Below are positions 52,601-64,000 of a DNA stretch of 64,000 bases, piece by piece. Under the pieces are notes generated by a model. That model had not been told where the DNA came from, made no database searches, and was given only the letters and a program-made list of their open reading frames with translations. Location: NCBI GenBank assembly GCA_964016885.1, contig OZ024742.1, forward strand, positions 143,158,001-143,222,000. Reading direction: 5' to 3'. Position 1 is the first letter of the stretch. Each line of letters opens with the position of its first letter. The position numbers and the translations under genes were made by a program. Origin of the DNA: Eledone cirrhosa (Eukaryota).

Positions 52601-54677
52601 TACATATATACATATACTTACATACGCAAATACATACAGTTTACACACACACACATACACACATACATACCCACACACAGTCATAGACAGACAGACAGAC
52701 ACTCTCACACACGCATATACACACGTAGACAGAGAGACAAACACGCTATCACAGACAGAAACACAGACAGACATATACACATGTTTACCTACACTTCTCT
52801 ACACTCATACCTATACATAAATTTTCAAACGCAGGCAAGCAAAAAAAGCGAAAGAGACGTAAAGATGTATATACAGACATTCAAACCCACATAAACATAC
52901 ACATTTATACAGATGCATACATATACTAACATAGACATATACGTCACAATTACACAAAGATATATGCACATATGTTGCTGCAGTTGAAATAGCTCAAGGT
53001 GAATACTGATTGCGCCGAACTATGATGAAAGAAATTTTAATCATACGCATTTCATCTTTATTCGAGATATTGTGTCCCGTATTTCAGACATTGTGTTCTT
53101 TCTCTTTTTTTTAAAGATGGTAGAGCATAATTCAATGAGATATTGCCGCTCTCTCTAGCAGGTCAATCGACTAAACAGATGCTTCCATATACATAAGTAT
53201 TCCAAGTATTTTCATGCAGATAACATTTTAGTTTCACCTTTGTCACGTTTGTTATTTTAGCCAGTGAGAAATTTTAGCTTACAGACTAGTAAGTCATTTT
53301 GACAAGTTTAACCAGAACACATCCATTTTAGATTCACCGTTGTGTAGGAAATTTTAGCCAAACAGAAACCAGTAGATTGTGGAGCCTAATTTGGACAATA
53401 AAAAACAAATTTTCGCTCTATTGGCTCATTCGCTCGACACATACACCAGACCTGTTAACTCTCCCCGTGAGTCTTCTTTTGTGAAAATGGGTATAGCTCT
53501 CATTATGTAAAATCTCCCCATTTTGTCTAATTTCTCCTCGTTTTGGGGGTACTTTTTTTCATGGTACTGCCCGTTTCTGGTCATCTTTTTTTTTCTCACA
53601 TTTTAGCTGGTCTAAAATATAGCTGGAATGGCTTTTCCAGCGCGTCTCCCTCACCATCCCCCGGGGAAACGCCTTCTCCATTCTGTCCGCCGGGGCCGCT
53701 GGGCGGTCAGCGCGTTGACCCCTATTTGCTCATAGTGAGATATGGGGAGAGCGGGAGCGACAGAGGCAGTGACAGTGGGAGTTTGGGTCTTTTCTGTTCG
53801 GATCTTGTATATATGTATCACGGACACACACTCATGTATGTGACCCTAACCCCTAGACCACATTACTTAGTTCCAATAAGATGAGAGTTATTTCCAGTAT
53901 TAAGTCGAATAAGAATGCAGGTTGCAGTATCATATTTTCTCCCAGCATATATACGTTGATAACCATATCTTGCCTCACACTATTATCACAAATGACTGCA
54001 AAGATGAACATGTTTCTATGAACGTTCACTACAATAGCTTATACACATCTCGTTATTATTTGACGCTGCAAATCGAATTCTGTTGAGTTTAGCTGTGTGT
54101 TGCTGTATTCCGTTGTATCAACATGTGATGCATCATTACATTGAATCTTTGAACCACTTTGATCGATAGTGATTAAAACTGCCAAGTGTTACGTCGAAAA
54201 TTAAAGTATATTGATATACGAGCTATTGTTGTTATTTTTTAAGAACTCATTAATTTATCTACATCAGACAGAGCTTTCCAAATTTTTCACATTGGCGACA
54301 TGTTTTTTGAAAATAAAATTTTTCGTACACACATTAAGTTTTCTTAGCAACAAGAAATTATATAAATTAATAAACAATTAAACATCAAATAACATTTCAT
54401 CTTTATGCAGAGTTGATGGCATCTCAAATATTCTATAAAGTCAAATATTCGAAACAATCAATCAAATTTGAATTAATTTCGTGGCACACTTTGAGATTAT
54501 CAACACAGTTAGAAACCTACCATCTATATATTAATACTGAGTGTGAATATATTCTATTAAAACTACGTGAACATATACTATAAAATAGCGAGTCTAACAA
54601 AAGACGCTTTGTTTCGTTTCAGCGTGGCCTCGATTTTCCGTTTTAATAAACTATATGTATGAGTTTATATGTATCTT

Positions 54678-54781
<104 letters not shown>

Positions 54782-56054
54782 AGGATAGGCTGAACATTTC
54801 ACAGGCTGACTATGAAGGAGTGATGCTAGAGCTGTGAAATCTTGCATGCTTTAATTTCAACTATCCTTATCAATAACTGCATTGTTTCTTTCCAAGGACT
54901 ATGTTGAAAAATAAACCTTATTTGGTCATTCCATGAGAGTATCTTGGTCAGCCTATAAACTTTCAGCCGACCTTTGTATATGACTGTAAGAGGGTATTCG
55001 GTTGCTGAGGAAGTTCCAGCACAGGATTGAAACTAGTCCGTTTGATCCCTCTTTTTCAGTCCATGGAGATATTGTATATAACAACATGTTTTCATCTGTT
55101 TATTACATAAAATATTCTATAGCACAATATAGAATGTATGTGACCTTGATAATTAAAGTTTCAGAGGTTATTTTCAGGGCTACTTACTCGGGACAATTTT
55201 GTGGAAAAATGGGTCTTGTTTTATTCGTCATTTGTTTTTAATCATTCGGTCTTTAGATTTTAAGAAAGGTTATTATTGTCCCAGATATCAAGATCATCTG
55301 AAGTGTATGGATTAAGGAGTTACCTTCCCTTTCTAAGAATCCAAGTTCAGCCATATGTTATTCCTGGCGGCTTGGTGCATATACAATCCTTCCAATAATA
55401 ATTATTTGAAGCATTGGCTCAAAGTCAGAAATTTGGGGGAAGGGAAAATATATTATATCGACCCCAATATTTAACAGATACTTTATATTATCGACCCCGG
55501 AAGGATGAAAGGCAATGATGGCTTTTGTGGGATTTGAACTTGGAACGTAAATGGCTGTGACTAAATGCTGCAATTCATCTTCTCCGTCTCTAATGATTCT
55601 GGCAATCCACAGCCTTTTAGTAACCACAATAATAATGAGAATGAAACTGAAAGTAGATCATGAGTACTGAATTTGAAAATTCCTCATCAATGATCCATAA
55701 ATGTCTTCTTTTTTCTCTATTTTTTTTTATTACATTGATATCAAGTGAGTCGTTAACTTCCACAATATGTTTTTCTTTGGGATTTGATATAAGTTTTTTG
55801 GCAGAATTCAACACAGTTACTAACAAAGTGACGAAACTTTTTTCTGTGAGTCAAGGCATTTCCAAGGATTTGTAAACATGTGAGAGAGCTACTGTGTGCA
55901 TATATGCAAATGCCTCTCTAGTACAAGAGCACAAGTGTGTACGCGTGTGAGCATGGTTACTTTTTATGTATGTGTATGTGTGTGTATGAGTGTGTGTGCC
56001 TCATATGCATGCATATAGATATGTGCATATATTCATTCCAGAAGACTCAAATAG

Positions 56055-58720
56055 AGAATGTTTGAAATGTCAGGCATATATTCACTGTACCACCAATCTA
56101 TTGGGTTGTTAAGGATGTGGATCAGTTAGATTTGTTGTTTCTTGGAAAAGCCCAGGATTTCCAAGTTTTTATTCATGTCTTATATATAGCCCAGTGCATT
56201 TATGATAATAGATGTTAATGGAAATCTACGTCAGGATACAAAAGTTCCGCAATTTTGATGATAAATTCACATATATTCTACAAGTGCATGACTTTAAATA
56301 GTCTCATACAACTATATCAGTACTGCCGTGTTTGTACCGGATTGCTGTTTTTATTTGAATGTTCAACTAGTTGTCCTTATTTTTAAAGCTATGAATACAT
56401 TCTGGTTCTGATATGTTTTTGGCATGATTGTCAAAGCGATCCTTCCTTCGAATTTCATTGTAAATACTTTTCGGAAGCACTTCTTGTCTCCTGGAAAGGC
56501 AGTATCTTGCAGACATTATTGGGATACAGATAATTATCTAAGTGATATCTTCTGCGCTGGTATAGTACAATCGAAATTTTTTTATCGCAACATGGATGAT
56601 TGGAGGCATCCTTATCTCTTATTAACCAAGAAATTAGGAGCCATCTCATGATAGCGAAGGTATATCTTTTCAGGTGGGAGTGCGATACTGCTATCATAGA
56701 TTGAAGAGAAGCTATTCTTTCTGTCAATGACGTTGGTATTCTGTAGCTTGAAGGATATATATCCATGAATTACTGTCTCTTGATACGATGAGTACTTCTA
56801 TTCCACGTTTCTGTTTAAGTAAATTAGTCCAGCTACCTTTGGATCACATTGAGGTGCTGAATACACACGCGATGTACTCGTTTTCTCCTTTACTCTTGTC
56901 TAAGTTATATAATGCGACACTTAAATGACGTTTCAACTGACCTTATGTCTTTGCTTCCATCCTTTCGTTTTACATAGATCATGTCAGTGTTAGTGTTGTT
57001 GTGAAAGTTACCAGTGGTAATTAGTATCTTCTTTGCCTTGATATTCAACATGGGGATTTCTTCAAGTGTTCAGTCCGATATCTCAAACGTCAAACACTAG
57101 TACTAACAATGCAAAAGCATTATGGGCAGTGACTTTATTGAGTGCGGATAGCTCTGACTTTCATTTTACTTACAGCACTAACATACACCACATTCTCATC
57201 CACTCCAACTTACGTATAGCATTCGATATTGGAGACAGGGGAGAATGCTGGGAGACTGTTGTGACCAGAGATAATTGTCTCTTAGTCTTTATGTAGCTTA
57301 ATGTCATCGATGAAAAGGATGTGAGTGATATTAATTTTTCTCTCTTCTGAAGAGTCTAAAAGGTAGCCTTGTCAATATCGCAATAGGGATGTCAAGGGGC
57401 TTAATGCTAACACGGAAAGAATTAAAGACAAACTGTTAGCCTAGAATATTCATGTTGATAATTCTCTCTGTGACTACAGCTGTTCTAGCTTTTATAGACA
57501 GTTGAGTGGGCCAAGTAACAGTAAGTCTCTGAATGTCTTCAATTATGACACATGGATTTTTAACAAGGAGTAGTGACACTAGTATCCATGAGAAAGAAAC
57601 AGAGTCAAACACTTTCTTATAGTCCAGTCAATTTCGGTGACACTGCATCACTGTTTTATCACAGCTTTGGTGAGGAGCTACTCAGCAGAACTCAATTTCT
57701 CTTTCTTTCCTTCCGCGTGCGCCTCAGTAACCATATTATTTATTTAGCATTGGTCTTGAAGAAATATTTTCAAACCTGTAAACAATTCATATATAACACT
57801 GTCTGTAGGGTTTTGCCATTTGTGTCTCTTAGGTGCAAGTGTTGTCTGCGTCACTAACAATCAGTCGGGTACATGAGATTATTCAGTAACCATTGTGTCT
57901 TTGAACATCTCAACGAGAGATAGCATATAAAACCTAACCAACTATAAAGTCTTTGTAACAACGGTCTGGGGAGTTTCACAGGTGATGTCATGTTTGGAGT
58001 GAGACGTTTGTACAATAATCACTTCGTAGCTCATTTAGCCATACAGCGCTGCGGCTGTGTTGTTTGTTTACAAATTATTCATGTCATCCAGTGGTAGTGA
58101 TTTTACAGTCTTGATGTTATAGCCTTTCCTGCTGTGATATACGGCTTGTAAATTTCTTGTAAATTTACGCTTGATAGCCTAACGTTCTTGTAATTTCTTG
58201 CGACAACTTTTTCACTTATCGTTCGAAGTTTGTGTTTAAGGACTATTATTTTATTTGCCAGTGTCTCTCGTCTGCATTTCCCATCCATCTTGGAGAGTCT
58301 ATCTCAGTCACAGCTGGTGATTCGTGAATCTAGCACTCACTTTGCATCTGATGAGTTTATCCAATTGTCTGAGGTTTTTTCTGCAGGCAGTAAATTCTCC
58401 TTTCAAGAAATGTTATCAACTGCAATTGTGTCTTTCTTTCATATCAATCTCTGTTACCTCCTCTTGTTGATGAATGACTACAGAAACACAATATAGTAAA
58501 CTATTCAAAGTCCAAAAGCTGAGAGCTTTGATTTGTGCTAGATGTTCTTTAATAGCTTGATCGATCGTAGCTAACATCAAGTTAGTAGGTATACTATCGG
58601 CTCGTGTCATAATTATTCTTTCTCTAGTGATTTGTCGACGTAAATAGTGAAGTTTTGCTTTAATTTTGCTGTGAGCTCCCTTTTAAGTTGTTTGTAATTC
58701 TCCCTTAATTCTATAAGTTC
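56055..58720 (-). pseudogene. Heavily decayed R4/Dong-like non-LTR retrotransposon (RT + restriction-like endonuclease)
   Basis: Reverse-strand motifs LDYKKVFDSV (~57601-57627), ITHILFIDDIKL (~57294-57329), IIINALG (~56190) and GTVNICLTF (~56062-56091); the last matches the C-terminus GTFKICKTF of 60223-60648. Confidence 0.7.
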
Positions 58721-58779
58721 ACATGTGCTCTCTTCCTGTCAGTGTAATGGCGGCAGTTGATTGTATTCGATGCCATTTA

Positions 58780-59083
58780 TATATGCATGCCTGTCTGTCT
58801 GGTTGTATCTTTATCTGTCTGTCTCTATGTATGTATGTATGTATGTATGTATGTATGTATGTATGTATGTATGTATGTATGTATGTATGTATGTATGTCT
58901 GTATGTATGTCATGTCTGTCTGTCTGTCTGTATGTATGTATGTATGTATGTCTGAATGCATGTATGTATGTATGTATGTATGTATGTATGTATGTATGTA
59001 TGTATGTATGTATGTATGTATGTATATATGTCATATGTCTGTATGTATGTATGCATGCCTGTCTGTCTGGTTGTCTCTCTGTA

Positions 59084-59130
<47 letters not shown>

Positions 59131-59240
59131 ATGTCTGTCTGTCTGTATGTATGTATGTATGTATGTATGTATGTATGTATGTATGTATGTATGTATGTCT
59201 GTACGTATGTATGTATGTATGTATGTATGTCTGTATGTAT
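58780..59240. repeat. (TATG/TCTG)n microsatellite
   Basis: Directly visible; further tracts at 59798-60138, 60649-60906, 61603-61800. Confidence 0.97.
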
Positions 59241-59797
59241 GTCAGGTCACCAGTTGGTGCTACTGGTAACATGTATCCCAGTACAACCTGTCTCATGGTC
59301 GGGTCGTTCGCGACTAAACTGGCAACCCCACCAAGGTTTCTTGGTGAGGAGGGTGACTTTGGACATCCTGCAGGACTAAAAACAAAACCTGTCAAAGGGC
59401 AAAGGAGCTCTTAAGAGTCAATGGCCATCCAAAATCACTGGGAGAGATGACCCCTTAGCCTTTGTCAAGGCAGAATTCTAGGAGAAGGAAAACTCTGATA
59501 TAACACCTGCAACTCTTATGGTATCCAATGATGTTGACTTGTTCTTCTTTTTGGTAAATATCATCTTGGTTAAGAGAGTGGGACTGGCTTTGTGCAGTGC
59601 CTTTGCTCACTATAAAAGCTTCACGGCACTGGCATTGCTTTATATCTGGAGATCTCTCTGCACTTGTCATCACATGGTACCATGGGCCCAGCACTGTGTC
59701 AATAATTGTCACAAGTGTAGTGTTTGTACCAGAGTTTTCAAGTCGCTGGCTGGACTAAAAAGTAGTGGCCGTACTCGAAAACGAGTTGGCAGCCACC
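59240..59797 (+). mobile_element. ~0.56 kb non-autonomous element ending GGCAGCCACCA(TGTA)n
   Basis: Highly similar to 60993-61602 and to the 35 kb copies; lacks ~50 bp present in the 61 kb copy. Strand inferred from the tandem-repeat tail. Confidence 0.8.
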
Positions 59798-60138
59798 ATG
59801 TATGTCTGTCTGTATGTCCGTATGTCTGTCTGTATGTATGTATGTATGTATGTATGTATGTATGTATGTATGTATGTATGTATGTATGTATGTTTGTATG
59901 TATGTCTGTCTGTATGTATGTATGTATGTATGTATGTATGTGTATGTATGTATGTATGTCTGTCTGTCTGTATGTCTGTATGTATGTATGTAGGTCTGTC
60001 TGTCTGTATGTATGTATGTATGTATGTATGTATGTATGTATGTATGTATGTATGTATGTATGTATATGTATGTATGTATGTATGTGTGTCTGTCTGTCTG
60101 TCTGTATGTATGTATGTATGTATGTATGTATGTATGTA

Positions 60139-60648
60139 CGTTTTCTCTTTCTCTTAATTTCGAGTATATTTTTTTTGACCGGCCACCTTCCTGGTGGCAA
60201 GGTTGTAAAAGAAAAGAAATTGTCATCCCTTGAATCGCAAGAATGTTTTGCATATTTTGAAGGTGCCAGCTATCGCAGCCATTTGTAGACTATGAATTAG
60301 GGAGCTGCGCTTTTTGTCCGCAAATCCAAGTTCAGTCATACTTTGGTCCAAGCGGGTTGGTATATAACCCGTAGCACCAATAATGATGGGTATGAAGCTA
60401 AAGGTGTATCTTGGATACTGGATTTGTAAGCTCCTCATCAATGGTCCGTAGATGTCCTCCTTCTCCTGTATTTTTCTGACAACGTTTACATCAAGTGGGC
60501 AGCTGATCTCCACAACAGAACACGTTTTCAATGTGTGGTCCCAAACTACAATATCAGGCCGGTTGTGCTTTAATTTGGTGGCAGTTTTTATTTTCAGGTT
60601 CCACCAGTATTCCTTAGTGCCATCTGTCTCAATATATTCTTCCTCGTT
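60139..60648 (-). mobile_element. 5'-truncated R4/Dong-like element: restriction-like endonuclease domain + 3' UTR, embedded in (TATG)n
   Basis: EYWWN..HNRPDIVVWD..VVEISCP.D..K..EK..Y..L..FIPIIIGATG (PD-(D/E)xK RLE), stop at 60223, short UTR with hairpin GCCACC-TTCCT-GGTGGC. Confidence 0.85.
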
Positions 60649-60905
60649 ATGTATGTATGAATGTATGTATGTATGTATGTATGTATGTATGTATGTATGT
60701 ATGTATGTATGTATGTATGTATGTATGTCTGTCTGTCTGTATGTCTGTATGTATGTATGTATGTATGTAGGTCTGTCTGTATGTATGTATGTATGTATGT
60801 ATGTATGTATGTATGTATGTCTGTATGTATGTATGTATGTGTGTATGTATGTATGTACGTATGTATGTATGTATGTATGTATGTATGTATGTATGTATGT
60901 ATGTA

Positions 60906-61602
60906 TGCGACCTGCGGACACCGCGCTGGATGGCGCGCGGTGTCCGCAGGTCGCAGAGCGGCGTCCCGCCTAGAAAACGAACCGTTCCCATATGTCAGGT
61001 CACCAGTTGGTGCTACTGGTAACATGTATCCCAGTACAACCTGTCTCATGGTCGGGTCGTTGGCGACTAAACTGGCAACCCCACCAAGGTTTCTTGGTGA
61101 GGAGCGTGACTTTGGACATCCTGCAGGACTAAAAACAAAACCTGTCAAAGGGCAAAGGAGCTCTTAAGAGTCAATGGCCATCCAAAATCACTGGGAGAGA
61201 TGACCCCTTAGCCTTTGTCAAGGCAGAATTCTAGGCGAAGGAAAACTCTGATATAACACCTGCAACTCTTATGGTATCCAATGATGTTGACTTGTTCTTC
61301 TTTTTGGTAAATATCATCTTGGGTAAGAGAGTGGGACTGGCTTTGTGCAGTGCCTTTGCTCACTATAAAAGCTTCACGGCACAGGCATTGCTTTATATCT
61401 GGAGATCTCTCTGCACTTGTCCTCACATGGTACCATGGGCCCAGCACTATGTGCCAATAATTGTCACAAGTGTAGTGTTTGTACCAGAGTTTTCAAGTCG
61501 CTGGCTGGACTAAAAAGTCACACTCGTTCAGCGTATCGGTAGGGGTTCTCCTACATGGATATAAAGTAGTGGCCGTACTCGAAGACGAGTTGGCAGCCAC
61601 CA
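60906..61602 (+). mobile_element. Longer copy of the same non-autonomous element, starting with a GC-rich hairpin
   Basis: 60993-61602 matches 59240-59797; 60906-60955 is a 21-bp-arm inverted repeat. Confidence 0.8.
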
Positions 61603-61914
61603 TGTATGTATGTATGTATGTATGTATGTATGTATGTATGTATGTATGTATGTATGTATGGTTGTGTGCCAGTATGTATGTATGTATGTATGTATGTATG
61701 TATGTATGTATGTATGTATGTATGTATGTATGTATGTATGTATGTATGGTTGTGTGCCAGTATGTATGCCTGTATGTATGCATGCTTGTGTGTATGTATG
61801 ATAATTCCTCGTTAATATATATTAAACAAACATCGTGGATACGTAACCGATCTCTCAGACTTTTACGAAGCGCTGAGGGATGAACATGATATAAGGAGTG
61901 ATGTGCTTATTCGT

Positions 61915-62132
61915 GGAGATATCATGAAATATCTTATAAAATAAGGGTGAAGACCCTTAGGGCTGGAAAAAAGGAATGGAACCTCGTATCTCCCAGATAC
62001 CGTCTAGACACTTTGAACCAGTAGCCGGTATCTGAGAGATACGATTTTCGACTTCTCTCAGATACCGATAGCAACAGTTTTTTCTATCTTTAAGGGTCTT
62101 CATCCTATTTCATAAGATATTTTATAACATTT
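61915..62132. mobile_element. Imperfect palindromic MITE-like element
   Basis: AAATATCTTATAAAATAAGGGTGAAGACCCTTA mirrored by TAAGGGTCTTCATCCTATTTCATAAGATATTT; inner hairpin TCGTATCTCCCAGATACCG / CGGTATCTGAGAGATACGA. Confidence 0.65.
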
Positions 62133-62637
62133 CTGCGCATGATCATACCACTATTTTTATTGTTATATTATATTATTTTACTAGTCTCAATCAATCAACT
62201 GCAACATTGCTGGCACTAGAGAGTTTAGTCGATCATATCAACTGGTGTGTTTATTTCAGCCCAGACCTTACATATCTATGTTTATTTAGTGGATGACCTT
62301 TTGGCAGAATAGGGGTTTTACAGCTGATTTAAACATGATCACAGAACGAATACATATATATACAGAGGAAAAACACATGCATATACACAAATACATATAC
62401 ACACGCACAAACACACGGAGACACAGTCAGCCTCATATTGGTATAATGGTAGCATAACCATCTCGCATACCACAGGTGTGAGTTGGAGTCACACAGGCGA
62501 TAATGTGCACATTTTCCCGTCTTTTGTGGGTTTTATGCCCAACTTAGACTATTTTTCATAATCAAAAGCGTTCGTTGGAGCAACTTACTTTAAGCTAACA
62601 GCATTAATTCATAATTTGGTCAACTCATAAATACGAA

Positions 62638-62706
<69 letters not shown>

Positions 62707-63236
62707 AGAGAGAATGTGTGTATGTATTGTATTGGGGAGTGATATAAATATATAGATTGGGGAATATATATTACATATATCTATTACATGTTATACTAGT
62801 ATTATATATGTGTAGGTGTGTTTATTAAATGCAATATCGCATAATTGCTTATTTCCACGGGCGTTTTAAGTTAACTCTATACTGGCTGGTAAATAAATAT
62901 ATAAACGCTAATTCTCTGATTTTGCGAGTGTCAGATATCTACTTTCCATAAGTGATTACTATTTACTGTGGTTTTAGTACGTTTGTGTTTAACTGATTTC
63001 TCCAGCTGTTCGACCAAAGGTACAACCTGTTCATGAAATTAATGTAGAAGTGGTTCAGCTTCCCACACACATGTACACTTAAAGTAGTTCTCAGTAGGCT
63101 CAGCATGAGACTGTAAGTGAAAAGGCAGGTCCCCTTTGAATTACAGGTAGACATAACACGCCACCGGGAAACAGAGTCACGACCCTAGGATGGTGAGCTG
63201 AACACCCCAACAACTAGACCACGGGCCTTCACAATA

Positions 63237-63320
<84 letters not shown>

Positions 63321-63711
63321 GTTAATATATATATAAATAAATATATATATATAAATGGAATAGAATGAAACGAAATTTCATTTCTCACTCTTAGTACGGC
63401 ACTTACTAAGTATATACTTTCAGACGTTCAAGCATCTGGCAGGAAGGTATACGATGCTGACGATAGCCAATAATCTTGAAACTAGTACATCGTTCCTGTG
63501 TCAGTGTTGAACAAAAAGGTGACGTGGTTGCCTAAACACTGTACGGCGTAATTCGGGCTGTTTGTTTGTTTAAAAACAAACAAACCGAGCATTATAATAA
63601 ATGTTCGGTAAACCGATACGTGCATATATATATGTGTGCATGTATGTATATATATATACATACTACTGTACGTCTGTATACATATATGTATGTACGTATA
63701 CATACATACTT

Positions 63712-63765
<54 letters not shown>

Positions 63766-64000
63766 TATAAGGGCCAGACACATTATAAAAATGGCTGTGA
63801 AGTGACAAGTCAGGCAGCCGAAAAAACGAGCAAGCTAAACAGGTTAACAAAAATTACCTGGACCTTCCTGGGTGGTTTCTGTGACTTCTAAATCAAGTAT
63901 ACTGTCTGATTTCGTTGTAAGCTTTTGGTATAATGATCGAACAAGGTAGACACTTTGTTAACAGGTTTTTGCTCTCAACCGCCTACGCTTTTTTTTCGGC

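Overview
Repeat-dominated, AT-rich animal genomic DNA. The SINE families look cephalopod/octopus-like (inference). I found no supportable host gene exons; almost all listed ORFs are microsatellite read-throughs. Transposable-element content includes a decayed Penelope-like element (RT + C-terminal GIY-YIG, Naiad-like) with direct pseudo-LTRs, an L1/Tx1-type LINE plus a second ORF1-only relative, an RTE LINE fragment, two R4/Dong-like (restriction-like endonuclease) remnants beside (TATG)n, a CRE-like fragment, many tRNA-derived SINEs, MITEs, and micro/minisatellites. The standout is a 5.2 kb array of near-identical 310-bp units (36546-41711). Each unit carries a minimal type I hammerhead ribozyme inside a highly base-paired monomer, and the array flips orientation at a natural hairpin (centre 39767) to form a giant palindrome set in (TA)n. 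It looks like a very recent rolling-circle/fold-back insertion of a ribozyme-bearing circular-RNA retroelement (retrozyme-like). A diverged relative with covarying stems (2334-2708), a second hammerhead family (1690-2136) and a candidate mobilising Penelope-like element lie in the same window.
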